Shown piece by piece: positions 8,136 through 15,899 of a stretch of 56,238 nucleotides of DNA; positions within the stretch are counted from its first letter, which is position 1, and every line of letters begins with the position of its first letter. The notes beneath the pieces are model-generated. The model was not told the DNA's origin. It saw only the letters and a list, made by a program, of their open reading frames with translations, and ran no database searches. The stretch comes from Patescibacteria group bacterium (GTDB lineage: Bacteria > Patescibacteriota > Minisyncoccia > UBA6257 > GWB1-50-10), in contig JAMCRC010000025.1 of the NCBI GenBank assembly GCA_023380415.1, forward strand, positions 1-56,238. Reading direction: 5' to 3'. The translations under genes were made by a program, and so were the position numbers.

Positions 8136-9614
8136 GTGATAGATATCGAAAATCTGCCCTTCGTAGGTTTCGTGAACAACCTCGAAAGGCGCAGGGAATG
8201 GGTCGCCCATGCCAAGATCGTCCTGGAGCATCTGCGAAAGGGCGAAAACGTCGGCTTCGTGGCCGACACGGCGGCCGGGAAAACGATAGTCGCATTGATG
8301 GTCATCCTGGGCGGCGGATACCGAACACTCTTCGCCACGCCCCAGAAGATACTGACGCTTCAGCACCTCGAGCTTTTGCAAAAGCTCGCCGGCGACAATT
8401 CCATGGCCCGGGCCATTACCGGCGAAACGCCCCGGGAGAAACGGTCCTGGGACAAAGACCTGGTCATCGCCACGCCGCAGACCGTCGAGAACGACATCCG
8501 TTCCGGACGGCTCGACCTCGGCCGCTTCGAACTCTTCATTCCGGACGAGTTCCATCGCGCCGTCGGCCATTACTCCTACACCGCCATCGCGGAGACGGCC
8601 CATGCCCGAGGATTGAAGATCCTCGGCCTCTCGGCCTCCCCCGCGGGAGATCCGAGCAGGATCGAGGCGACCAAAAAGGGCCTTTTCCTCGATACGTTCA
8701 TCGTCGCCAACATCAAGGCGCCGGAACGCCTCGAAGATGTGGTGGTCGTGGAACCGGACGAGCGCCTCATCGAGGCCGAGACCTATCTGAGCACGATCAT
8801 CAGCAATACCGGCTTCGAACTTTTATCCGAGGGGCTCCTTCCTTCCGCGCCCAAGAAAATCCTGAACCAGAGAGAGCTCGACGAAATGCGCGCGCGCATC
8901 AACGGACTGCCGGCGGACGACCCGCTCCACTATACCGGCCTTTCCCTGACGGCCCGCTACCTGAAGCTGCGCCACGCCCTCTCGCTGCTCCTTACGGACG
9001 GCTATCATTCCTTCATTGCCTACGGAACGCGCCTTGCCGCGGACGAGACCAAGGCCGCCCGCTTCATCTGGACGAGCCCGGACTTCCAAGGCGCCATGAC
9101 GATAGCCAAGAACGAACGCCATCCCAAGGAATCCAAATTCATCGAACTGGCCCAATCGCTCAAGCGCGCCGGCAAGAACGCCCTGGTCTTCGTGGGAACG
9201 AAAGAGACCGGAGCATGGCTCAAAGGCCGCCTGATGGACGACGGACTGCGGGCCGAATTCCTTTCCGGCGGACGGGGCAAAGACGCCAAGAGGCAACGGA
9301 ATATCCTTGACCGCTTGGCGTCGCGCGAGATCGATGCGCTTCTCGCCACATCCGTGGTCGAAGAGGGAGTATCCATCCCCGAGGTCGATACGGTCATCCA
9401 TTATTCCATGCCGCAAACGCCCGTTGCGCGCAAACAACGCAACGGCCGGACCGGACGCCTGAAGACCGGCCACATCGTCTTCATCAGGATGAACAATGCG
9501 CTGGACGGCGCCGCCTACTTCGGAACGCGGCGCAAAATGAACGCCGTTCAGGCCGCCATCGAAGGCCGAACCTATCCCGAAAAAGAACCGCTTCCCCTTT
9601 TCCCAGGGTGGTGA
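8136..9614 (+). CDS. SF2 helicase, Hef/FANCM/ERCC4-helicase-like, no nuclease domain
   Basis: DTAAGKT, IATPQ, DEFHRAVG, GLSASP, ATSVVEEG and QRNGRTGR motifs; GTG start with SD TAGGAGGT. Confidence 0.88.
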   Translation: MIDIENLPFVGFVNNLERRREWVAHAKIVLEHLRKGENVGFVADTAAGKTIVALMVILGGGYRTLFATPQKILTLQHLELLQKLAGDNSMARAITGETPREKRSWDKDLVIATPQTVENDIRSGRLDLGRFELFIPDEFHRAVGHYSYTAIAETAHARGLKILGLSASPAGDPSRIEATKKGLFLDTFIVANIKAPERLEDVVVVEPDERLIEAETYLSTIISNTGFELLSEGLLPSAPKKILNQRELDEMRARINGLPADDPLHYTGLSLTARYLKLRHALSLLLTDGYHSFIAYGTRLAADETKAARFIWTSPDFQGAMTIAKNERHPKESKFIELAQSLKRAGKNALVFVGTKETGAWLKGRLMDDGLRAEFLSGGRGKDAKRQRNILDRLASREIDALLATSVVEEGVSIPEVDTVIHYSMPQTPVARKQRNGRTGRLKTGHIVFIRMNNALDGAAYFGTRRKMNAVQAAIEGRTYPEKEPLPLFPGW

Positions 9615-9670
9615 AGCGGGAGCATCCGCACACAAGCGGCCGATCGCATGATCGGCCGTTATTATCCACA

Positions 9671-9701
9671 AAAAAGAAGGAGGTCCGACCTCCTTCTTTT
9701 T
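9671..9701. terminator. Bidirectional terminator between convergent helicase and argS
   Basis: Perfect inverted repeat AAAAAGAAGGAGGT-CCG-ACCTCCTTCTTTTT. Confidence 0.8.
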
Positions 9702-9703
9702 GG

Positions 9704-11293
9704 CTACATTTTCTTCGGAGCGGAAATGCCCAACACAACGAAGAGGTTTTCGAGGACGGTGGCGGTCGCCCGGACAAGGGCCAAGCGCGCGCCTTTTACG
9801 TCCCCGGCCTCTCCGATAATGCGCTCCTTCTCGTAAAACTGCTGGAAATCGCGGGCCAAGTCGATGGCGTAGCGCGCCAGACGATGGGCCTGGTAGTCCC
9901 GGGCCGTTTCTTCGATAAGGTCCGGGAATTCGAGGAGCGCCCGAATGAGGACCTGGTCTTCGGGCGTATCCAAGAGGCCGAGGTCCTTGGAGTCAGGTCT
10001 GACCGCACCCGCTTTCTTCAGAATGCCCTTCGCCCGCACATAGGCGTATTGGACGTAGTAAATCGGGTTCTTCACGGACCGCTCTTTCGCGAGACCCATA
10101 TCGAAATCCATATGCGTCGACGGCGATATCATGAGGAAGAAGAAGCGGGCCACATCGAGGCCGACCTCGTCGACGAGATCCTCGAACGTGAGGAAATTAC
10201 CCTTCCGCTTCGACATCTTGAACTCCGTCCCGTCTTTCATGAGGCGGATGGCCTGGGTGATGATGACCTCGGAGCGCTTGAAGCCCAAGATCTTGGCCAC
10301 GGATTGGATGCGCTTCACGTAACCGTAATGATCCGGTCCCAATATGTTGATCTTCTCGCTGAAGCCGCGCTTTTGGGTCTCCAAATAGTGGCCGGCATCG
10401 GAGAGAAAGTAGGTCGGGTTGCCGTCGCTCGTGACAAGCACGCGGTCCTTGTCGTCGCCGAAGGCCGTGGTCTTGAGCCACACCGCCCCTTCGGACTCGT
10501 AAATGAATCCCGCTTTCTTGAAGATCTCCATGGCTTTCTGGGGCATCTTGGCCTTATGGACGGCCTTCTCAGAGGTATAGCGGTCGAACCGGATACCCGC
10601 TTTCTCGCCGACCGCTTTTTTTATGAGGCCGAGGAAGTCCTTGGCCGCTCTTTCGCCGAGAGCCATCGGGTCCTTCTGCAGCCTTTTGACCAACGCGGCG
10701 TTCTTCTTCGCCCAATCCTTCACGTATTCCCCTTTATAAAAACTCTCTTCGTCCGGGATAATGCCCAAGGCGGCGATTATCGACTGGCCGAGCGTGAGCA
10801 CCTGGTGGCCGGTATCGTTAACGTAGTACTCCTTCTCCACTTTGGCGCCCGCCAGGCGCAGCACGTTCCCCAGAACGTCGCCCAGAAATCCTCCCCGGCC
10901 GTTCGCGAGCGTGAGCGGTCCCGTTGGGTTCGCCGAGACGAACTCGACCTGGACCTTCGATCCGGCGGCCGCCTTCGAGGCGCCGTATCTCCTGCCGAGC
11001 TTCAATATGCCCATGAGGCCGGCGTTCAGGGCGGAAGGCGTCAGATAAAAATTAACGAATCCCGGGCCGGCTGCTTCTACTTTCTCGAAAAACCCGCGGG
11101 GCGCTCTTTCTTTGATGTCCCGGACGAGCACGGCCGCGACCGCCGCCGGGCTCTTGCCCTGCTCTTTGGCCAGACGGAAAGCGATGGTCGTGGAATAATG
11201 GGCCGCTTGGCCATCCGGCACCACCACATCGCCCTCCTTGGCGTCGGGCACTATCCTTCGCAGTATCCTCAAAATGGAATCCTTGGCGTTCAC
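9704..11293 (-). CDS. argS: Arginine--tRNA ligase
   Basis: VEFVSANPTGPL, EYYVND, GPDHYGY, KMSKRKGNF and YYVQYAY motifs. Confidence 0.97.
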   Translation of the reverse strand: MNAKDSILRILRRIVPDAKEGDVVVPDGQAAHYSTTIAFRLAKEQGKSPAAVAAVLVRDIKERAPRGFFEKVEAAGPGFVNFYLTPSALNAGLMGILKLGRRYGASKAAAGSKVQVEFVSANPTGPLTLANGRGGFLGDVLGNVLRLAGAKVEKEYYVNDTGHQVLTLGQSIIAALGIIPDEESFYKGEYVKDWAKKNAALVKRLQKDPMALGERAAKDFLGLIKKAVGEKAGIRFDRYTSEKAVHKAKMPQKAMEIFKKAGFIYESEGAVWLKTTAFGDDKDRVLVTSDGNPTYFLSDAGHYLETQKRGFSEKINILGPDHYGYVKRIQSVAKILGFKRSEVIITQAIRLMKDGTEFKMSKRKGNFLTFEDLVDEVGLDVARFFFLMISPSTHMDFDMGLAKERSVKNPIYYVQYAYVRAKGILKKAGAVRPDSKDLGLLDTPEDQVLIRALLEFPDLIEETARDYQAHRLARYAIDLARDFQQFYEKERIIGEAGDVKGARLALVRATATVLENLFVVLGISAPKKM

Positions 11294-11385
11294 ACATTAA
11301 ATCTAGCCGATTTCAAGACAAAAATAAAAACCCGCGCCGGAAATGCATCCAGAGCGCGGGCAAAGGAGGCTTATCGCCCCCAAGA

Positions 11386-11817
11386 TCAAAGTTCCTCGTA
11401 ATAGCCGATGATATCGGCTAATGAATGCACCTGCGGCGCGTCGGTCAAACTGCGATTGCGGACATCTATCCGTTTGGCGCCGGCCCGCCGGGCGATGGCG
11501 AGCACCGCCGGATCGTAATGGACGCAAAAGGATCTTTTGGGACGGTGGTGGCGGACCAAGGCCCTTATGCCGGCGCGGATCGCGCCGTGGTCCTCGCCCA
11601 CGAATACCGTCGGGAAATTTACCGATCTCTTCTTGAGATAATCCATCGCCCTCATCTTCTCCGGGGCGCGGCCAAGGACCACCAGGGCCACATCGTCACC
11701 CTTCCGCCTGAGCATGCCGATAACGAACCTGACGTCGTCCTTCAGATAAAATCCTCTTTCGTCCTCTCCGACCAGAACGCTCAATCCGAAGATGAACAGA
11801 TTGTTCTTTCTTTTCAT
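11386..11817 (-). CDS. Hypothetical protein (possibly degenerate HAD-like fold)
   Basis: 143 aa ORF with SD TAAGGAG and an upstream TTGACA. The overall layout resembles HAD proteins but the DxD motif is absent. Confidence 0.55.
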   Translation of the reverse strand: MKRKNNLFIFGLSVLVGEDERGFYLKDDVRFVIGMLRRKGDDVALVVLGRAPEKMRAMDYLKKRSVNFPTVFVGEDHGAIRAGIRALVRHHRPKRSFCVHYDPAVLAIARRAGAKRIDVRNRSLTDAPQVHSLADIIGYYEEL

Positions 11818-11952
11818 TTAATGCTCCTTATTTTGTTTTCAAAACGAACTCCGCCTCGCTCCGCCCAAGGCGGACGATATAAAGGAGTTGAAACCTTTTT
11901 CAAAATATATAATCTGGTGAAATATGTCAACCCATGATAACCTGAAAGCGGA

Positions 11953-12393
11953 ATGAAAACCCTTTCCGAGAACAAGCGCGCCCGCTTCGACTACGAATTC
12001 CTGGAAAAGTACGACGCAGGCATCGAACTCAAGGGCTTCGAAGCGAAAGCCGCGGTTTTGGGGCGAGTCAATTTGGCCGGCGCCTATGCCACGGTGAAGG
12101 ACGGCGAGGTCTGGCTCACGAACTGCGATATCCCGCCCTACCAGCCGAAGAATATGCCGGCGGACTACGACTCCAAGCGACCGCGCCGCTTGCTCCTCAC
12201 CCGTGGCGAGATCGCGGAACTTATCGGCCGGACCAAGGAAAAGGGATTGACCTTAGTGCCGATTCAGATGTATAGTAAGAGCCATCTCGTGAAGGTGGAA
12301 CTCGGCCTGGGGCGCAGCCGCAAGAAGGCGGATAAGCGCGAGGTCCTGAAAAAGAAGGCCGCCGAACGCGAGATACGGGATTTTAAAAATTAA
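11953..12393 (+). CDS. smpB: SsrA-binding protein
   Basis: ENKRARFDY, AGIELKGFE, RRLLL, GLTLVP and DKRE motifs; adjacent to tmRNA. Confidence 0.97.
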   Translation: MKTLSENKRARFDYEFLEKYDAGIELKGFEAKAAVLGRVNLAGAYATVKDGEVWLTNCDIPPYQPKNMPADYDSKRPRRLLLTRGEIAELIGRTKEKGLTLVPIQMYSKSHLVKVELGLGRSRKKADKREVLKKKAAEREIRDFKN

Positions 12394-12401
12394 ATTCCAC
12401 T

Positions 12402-12714
12402 GGGGATGTCGGGCTTTGACAGGGCATCTTCCGCGGAAATCGCGAGCCGAGCCGACCGACTCGTAAATCCGGTCGAAATCTTAACTGCCAATAAATCAGC
12501 AGTTCCGGCTTTAGCTTACGCTTAAGCAGGCATCGGTCCCTGACGCCTACTAGGGGGTCGCCGGTGTAATAACGCGGGCTCTGGCCTCTCGAAGATGCTT
12601 CGCCCGAGAGGGGCCGAGACTTAGCGAGGCACTTCGTACTTGTTTTCAAGCACTACGCTCGTAGAAGGTTTGCACGGAACGTCCTGGATGTGGGTCCAAC
12701 TCCCACCATCTCCA
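12402..12714 (+). ncRNA. ssrA: tmRNA (one-piece, about 313 nt), tag (A)ANKSAVPALAYA
   Basis: 5' GGGGATG pairs with 3' CATCTCC-A, including the G3-U wobble. TTTGAC motif near the 5' end. Tag frame 12487-12525 follows TAACT. T-arm is GTGGG-TCCAACT-CCCAC. CCA is not encoded. Confidence 0.95.
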
Positions 12715-12717
12715 CAA

Positions 12718-12755
12718 CAACTTAAAGCCGTCTCTCTTGAGGCGGTTTTAAGTTG
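12718..12755 (+). terminator. Long hairpin/terminator after tmRNA
   Basis: 17-bp stem CAACTTAAAGCCGTCTC/GAGGCGGTTTTAAGTTG with G-U pairs. Confidence 0.7.
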
Positions 12756-12874
12756 CTTACGCGATGGGGAGGTGGACCGGGGAAATCCATCGGCATGTTG
12801 ACACAAATCCATATAACAGACATTATTTAGACGCTCTTAATATAAAAGAATAAGACAGAAAAAGGAGGTAGAAA

Positions 12875-13627
12875 TTGACACCGTTATTGATCGACCTCGG
12901 AGAGACCGAAGCGCGCGTTTCCGAAAAAGGAGGCACGATAACCCGGCTCACTCATAAAGGGAAACCGATATTCGCCACTCAATTCGAAAAGAGCGGCGGT
13001 AAAATGCGCGGCGGATGCCATGCTTGCGCTCCCTGGTTCGGATCGTCCGACCTGGGCCGCCAACACGGGCACTTGAGGGACATTGCCGGCCGCGGCATTT
13101 CCCATCACAACGCCGCCTATGTCGAATTGGCCCGCGGCAGTGACAGCGCCTATCCCTGGAACATGGCCTACAACACAAAGACCATCATCCACGAATCGGG
13201 CATCATTGAAACGGGTTTTAGCATGCGCCGCCTGAACGACGAAGAAAAAGGCGGCGACAAGGCCCCGGCTCCGGCCAATCCCGCCCAGCACCCCTACTAC
13301 GCCTGTACGGACGCAAGCAAGACCTGCGTCATCGTGAACGGCAAAAGGGAATACGGCTTCAGTGACAAGGCGCACGGCATCGAAATGGCCCTCAAAAGAG
13401 AGATCATCATCGAGATGCCGGACCGATGGATGGAGATCTCTTTGGGCGGCGCCTTTATGGAAAGGCGGAACCCCTGGATATTCCTCTGGACCGACGCGCC
13501 TAAAGAGTATGTCTGCGTCGAGCCGGTCCTTTACGATCCCACTGATTTCAACACCCCGAAGGGACTTTCATTGAAGATCGGCCAAGTGCTCGATATTTCG
13601 ATGACGCTCAAGATATACCTGCGATAG
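12875..13627 (+). CDS. Aldose 1-epimerase / galactose mutarotase-like protein
   Basis: RGG..C.PWFG, HGHLR, HPYY and VCVEP motifs; TTG start with SD AAAGGAGGT; upstream TTGACA-17-CATTAT. Confidence 0.8.
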   Translation: MTPLLIDLGETEARVSEKGGTITRLTHKGKPIFATQFEKSGGKMRGGCHACAPWFGSSDLGRQHGHLRDIAGRGISHHNAAYVELARGSDSAYPWNMAYNTKTIIHESGIIETGFSMRRLNDEEKGGDKAPAPANPAQHPYYACTDASKTCVIVNGKREYGFSDKAHGIEMALKREIIIEMPDRWMEISLGGAFMERRNPWIFLWTDAPKEYVCVEPVLYDPTDFNTPKGLSLKIGQVLDISMTLKIYLR

Positions 13628-13634
13628 TGATTTA

Positions 13635-13697
13635 CGGCACCCGTGCGATGGGTGCCGCTTTATTTTAAAAAGAAGACCGCCATCAAGGGCGGTCTTC
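13635..13697. terminator. Two opposed terminators
   Basis: Plus strand: CGGCACCC/GGGTGCCG then TTTATTTT. Minus strand: GAAGACCGCC/GGCGGTCTTC preceded by an A run. Confidence 0.65.
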
Positions 13698-13990
13698 AGC
13701 TTCCATTCGTAAGTTGTTGCATATTTTTGGAAGCGGTCATAGCTATTGACTCTTCACTATATATAACGATATTCCCTTAGTTTTTGTTGCACCCCACCAC
13801 TCTCCCCGCCGCGCAGGAGAAAATTTGACCCAACTATAATCCTTGAGTAAGAGTGCCCGGGAATCGTTATTTTTATCCTCTTCTAGGGCATCTGGCGGCA
13901 GCTTAGAGCAAGCATACCAAGAGACGTCATTTCTCCATCAACCCCTAGGCCGCTGGCGGTTTTCCGAGCCTCATTTCCCTCAGCCGACAG

Positions 13991-14061
13991 GCCGCATGTT
14001 CTGCGAGGAGCGTGAGACTTGGCCTAGCGGCCCGGAGCGCTCGACGAGCAGGATATGCGGC
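13991..14061 (+). repeat. 71-nt dispersed structured repeat, copy 1
   Basis: Ungapped manual alignment gives 49/71 identity to 28183-28253 and 39/71 to 34342-34412; long imperfect hairpin. Confidence 0.75.
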
Positions 14062-14080
14062 CTGAAGGCGCCCCCCCTCG

Positions 14081-14116
14081 TTATCCACAGCCGCCCGCCT
14101 CCTTCTGTGCTATACT
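14081..14116 (+). promoter_or_regulatory. Perfect DnaA box abutting the -35 region of an extended -10 promoter
   Basis: TTATCCACA at 14081-14089; TGcTATACT at 14108-14116. Confidence 0.55.
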
Positions 14117-14122
14117 ATGAGT

Positions 14123-14227
14123 AGGACCTTGAGAAAAGAATAAAGCGTTTTAGGCATAAGCCTACATACGGGCTTTATAGCCCCATATTTCTCAAGGCCT
14201 CTATTTTATTCATGGGGCCTTTTTTTT
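14123..14227 (+). ncRNA. Candidate structured leader/sRNA upstream of infC
   Basis: Closing stem CCTTGAGAAA/TTTCTCAAGG, two internal hairpins, and an overlapping terminator AGGCCTCTAT/ATGGGGCCT followed by a T run. Confidence 0.5.
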
Positions 14228-14253
14228 ATCCGCGTTTCTGGTATCATTCCCAC

Positions 14254-14754
14254 ATACAACACCGCATCAACAACCAGATAATCGCGCCGGAGCTCCGCAT
14301 CGTCGGAGCGGAAGGAGAGAATCTCGGCATCATGGCCAAAGCGAAAGCTTTGGCTTTGGCGCAAGAAAAGGGCCTCGATCTCATCGAGATCGCGCCCATG
14401 GCCCAGCCTCCCGTAGCGCGGTTGATGGACTACGATAAATTCCGTTACGAGCAGGCGAAGGAGGAGAAGAAACAGCGCCAGGCCCAGAAGCAGAAAGAAC
14501 TGAAACAGGTCCGCATCACCGGCCGAGCGGCCGCGAACGATCTTGCCATCCGGGCCAAGGCGGCCGACAAATTCCTCGAGGAAGGCCACAAGGTGGAGAT
14601 AAACCTCGCCCTTAGGGGCCGGGAGAAGGCCCACAAGGACTGGGCCTTGCAGAAAATGCAGGAATTCCTTAGTATGATTACCGTTCCTTACGTCACAACC
14701 ATGGCGCCGAAGCCGGGTGGACGCGGGTATAACGCTCAGATAGTCAAAAAATAA
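14254..14754 (+). CDS. infC: Translation initiation factor IF-3 (probable ATA start)
   Basis: RINNQI.APELRIV, GLDLIEIAP, PPVARLMDY and RGRE motifs. The in-frame ATG at 14212 lies inside a terminator stem, whereas ATA 14254 fits the known non-AUG starts of infC. Confidence 0.93.
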   Translation: MQHRINNQIIAPELRIVGAEGENLGIMAKAKALALAQEKGLDLIEIAPMAQPPVARLMDYDKFRYEQAKEEKKQRQAQKQKELKQVRITGRAAANDLAIRAKAADKFLEEGHKVEINLALRGREKAHKDWALQKMQEFLSMITVPYVTTMAPKPGGRGYNAQIVKK

Positions 14755-14927
14755 TGTCGGCAAAAAGCGTACAAAAAAGGGTCCGGGTCACAAGGTCCGG
14801 AAAAGTGATGCGCCGCGCGAAGGGCCTGGGCCACTCGCGCTTCAACAAGAATTCGACCCAAATGAAACGCAAGAAAGGGGCGCGCGGATTGAACTTGCCC
14901 ACGGAAAGGATCGTAAGGTATTTATAG
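14754..14927 (+). CDS. rpmI: 50S ribosomal protein L35
   Basis: Manual translation MSAKSVQKRVRVTRSGKVMRRAKGLGHSRFNK...; lies between infC and rplT. Confidence 0.92.
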   Translation: MSAKSVQKRVRVTRSGKVMRRAKGLGHSRFNKNSTQMKRKKGARGLNLPTERIVRYL

Positions 14928-14930
14928 ACC

Positions 14931-15275
14931 ATGCCAAGAGTAAAACGGGGAACAATCGCCAATAAAAAGAGAAAGCGGACGCTGAAGCGGACCAAGGGAT
15001 TCCGCTGGGACCGCAAGAGCAAGGAGCGGGCCGCCAAGGAAGCCCTCCTTCATTCTTTGAGCCGCAAGTTCAAGGGCCGCAAGGAGAAGAAGCGCGTCTA
15101 CCGCACCCTCTGGAACACCAAGATAAGCGCCGCGGTCCGCGAGCACGAGATGAGCTACAGCCGCTTCATCGACGCCCTGAAGAAGAAGGGGGTGAAGCTC
15201 GACCGGAAGGTCCTCGCCGACATCGCCGAGCACGAACCGGAGACGTTCAAGAAGATAATCGAGTTCGTCAGATAA
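14931..15275 (+). CDS. rplT: 50S ribosomal protein L20
   Basis: MPRVKRG, RTLW, SYSRFI and LDRKVLADIA motifs. Confidence 0.97.
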   Translation: MPRVKRGTIANKKRKRTLKRTKGFRWDRKSKERAAKEALLHSLSRKFKGRKEKKRVYRTLWNTKISAAVREHEMSYSRFIDALKKKGVKLDRKVLADIAEHEPETFKKIIEFVR

Positions 15276-15320
15276 TAACTGGCTGGCACAGCCGATCGAC
15301 ATCGATAACGAACCCCGCCA

Positions 15321-15854
15321 CTAGGCGGGGTTTTTGATATCCTTATTCTCCCTGGCTGGCTGGGACTGGACGACCTCGGCCGGGGCGGGCATGGGCGGGG
15401 CCGGCTTCTTCTTCTTGGCGTCCTCGACGATGGTGTCGTAGGCCCGCTTCAGATTCCGTTTCAGCGTCGGGGCCTTGAGCATCTTCATCGCGTCCTTGTA
15501 GAGGAACCAGGCATAGCCCTGATGCTCCCTTGGGACGATCGTGATGAGCTGCTTTTGGGTCTCGGCCAGATAGTAGATCACAAGGCGCGGGATGCGCTCT
15601 TTTTCCTTGGTGTAGAAGACGAAACGGTCCGTCACCCGGAACCAGTCTCTGAAGCGCAGGTCTTTGGGCTTCAAACCGGTCTCTTCCTCGACCTCGCGGA
15701 GGGCCGCCTTGAAGCTCTTCTCCCCTTCCGCAAGCTTTCCTTTGGGGAAATTCCAATAATAGCCGCCGTGGTAGAGAAGAAGGAACTTGATGCCCTCCGG
15801 GGTTCGGCGGTACACAATGATGCCGGCCGACACCGACACGTTATTTTTATTCAT
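15321..15854 (-). CDS. NUDIX hydrolase (Ap4A hydrolase-like)
   Basis: Nudix box WNFPKGKLAEGEKSFKAALREVEEETG, plus SAGIIVYR and EH..YAW. Start chosen 7 nt after a TAGAAT box. Confidence 0.9.
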   Translation of the reverse strand: MNKNNVSVSAGIIVYRRTPEGIKFLLLYHGGYYWNFPKGKLAEGEKSFKAALREVEEETGLKPKDLRFRDWFRVTDRFVFYTKEKERIPRLVIYYLAETQKQLITIVPREHQGYAWFLYKDAMKMLKAPTLKRNLKRAYDTIVEDAKKKKPAPPMPAPAEVVQSQPARENKDIKNPA

Positions 15855-15899
15855 CCCGTCCATTCTACACCCGCCCCGGCGGACGGGCAAAAACGCCGG

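Noticed and set aside
8072..9310. 412-aa Arg/Pro-rich ORF overlapping the helicase
   Set aside because: Alternative-frame artefact with low-complexity composition.
9608..11401. 597-aa plus-strand ORF
   Set aside because: Antisense to argS, crosses a strong terminator and has no recognisable domain.
12402..13700. Integrated element at tmRNA
   Set aside because: No integrase and no direct repeat of the tmRNA 3' end found in the window.
13843..14124. 93-aa TTG ORF upstream of infC
   Set aside because: No SD or motifs, and it runs through the structured repeat and promoter; not excluded but unsupported.
14212..14253. ATG-initiated N-terminal extension of IF-3
   Set aside because: The ATG is inside a terminator stem and the peptide MGPFFYPRFWYHSH derives from the T tract.
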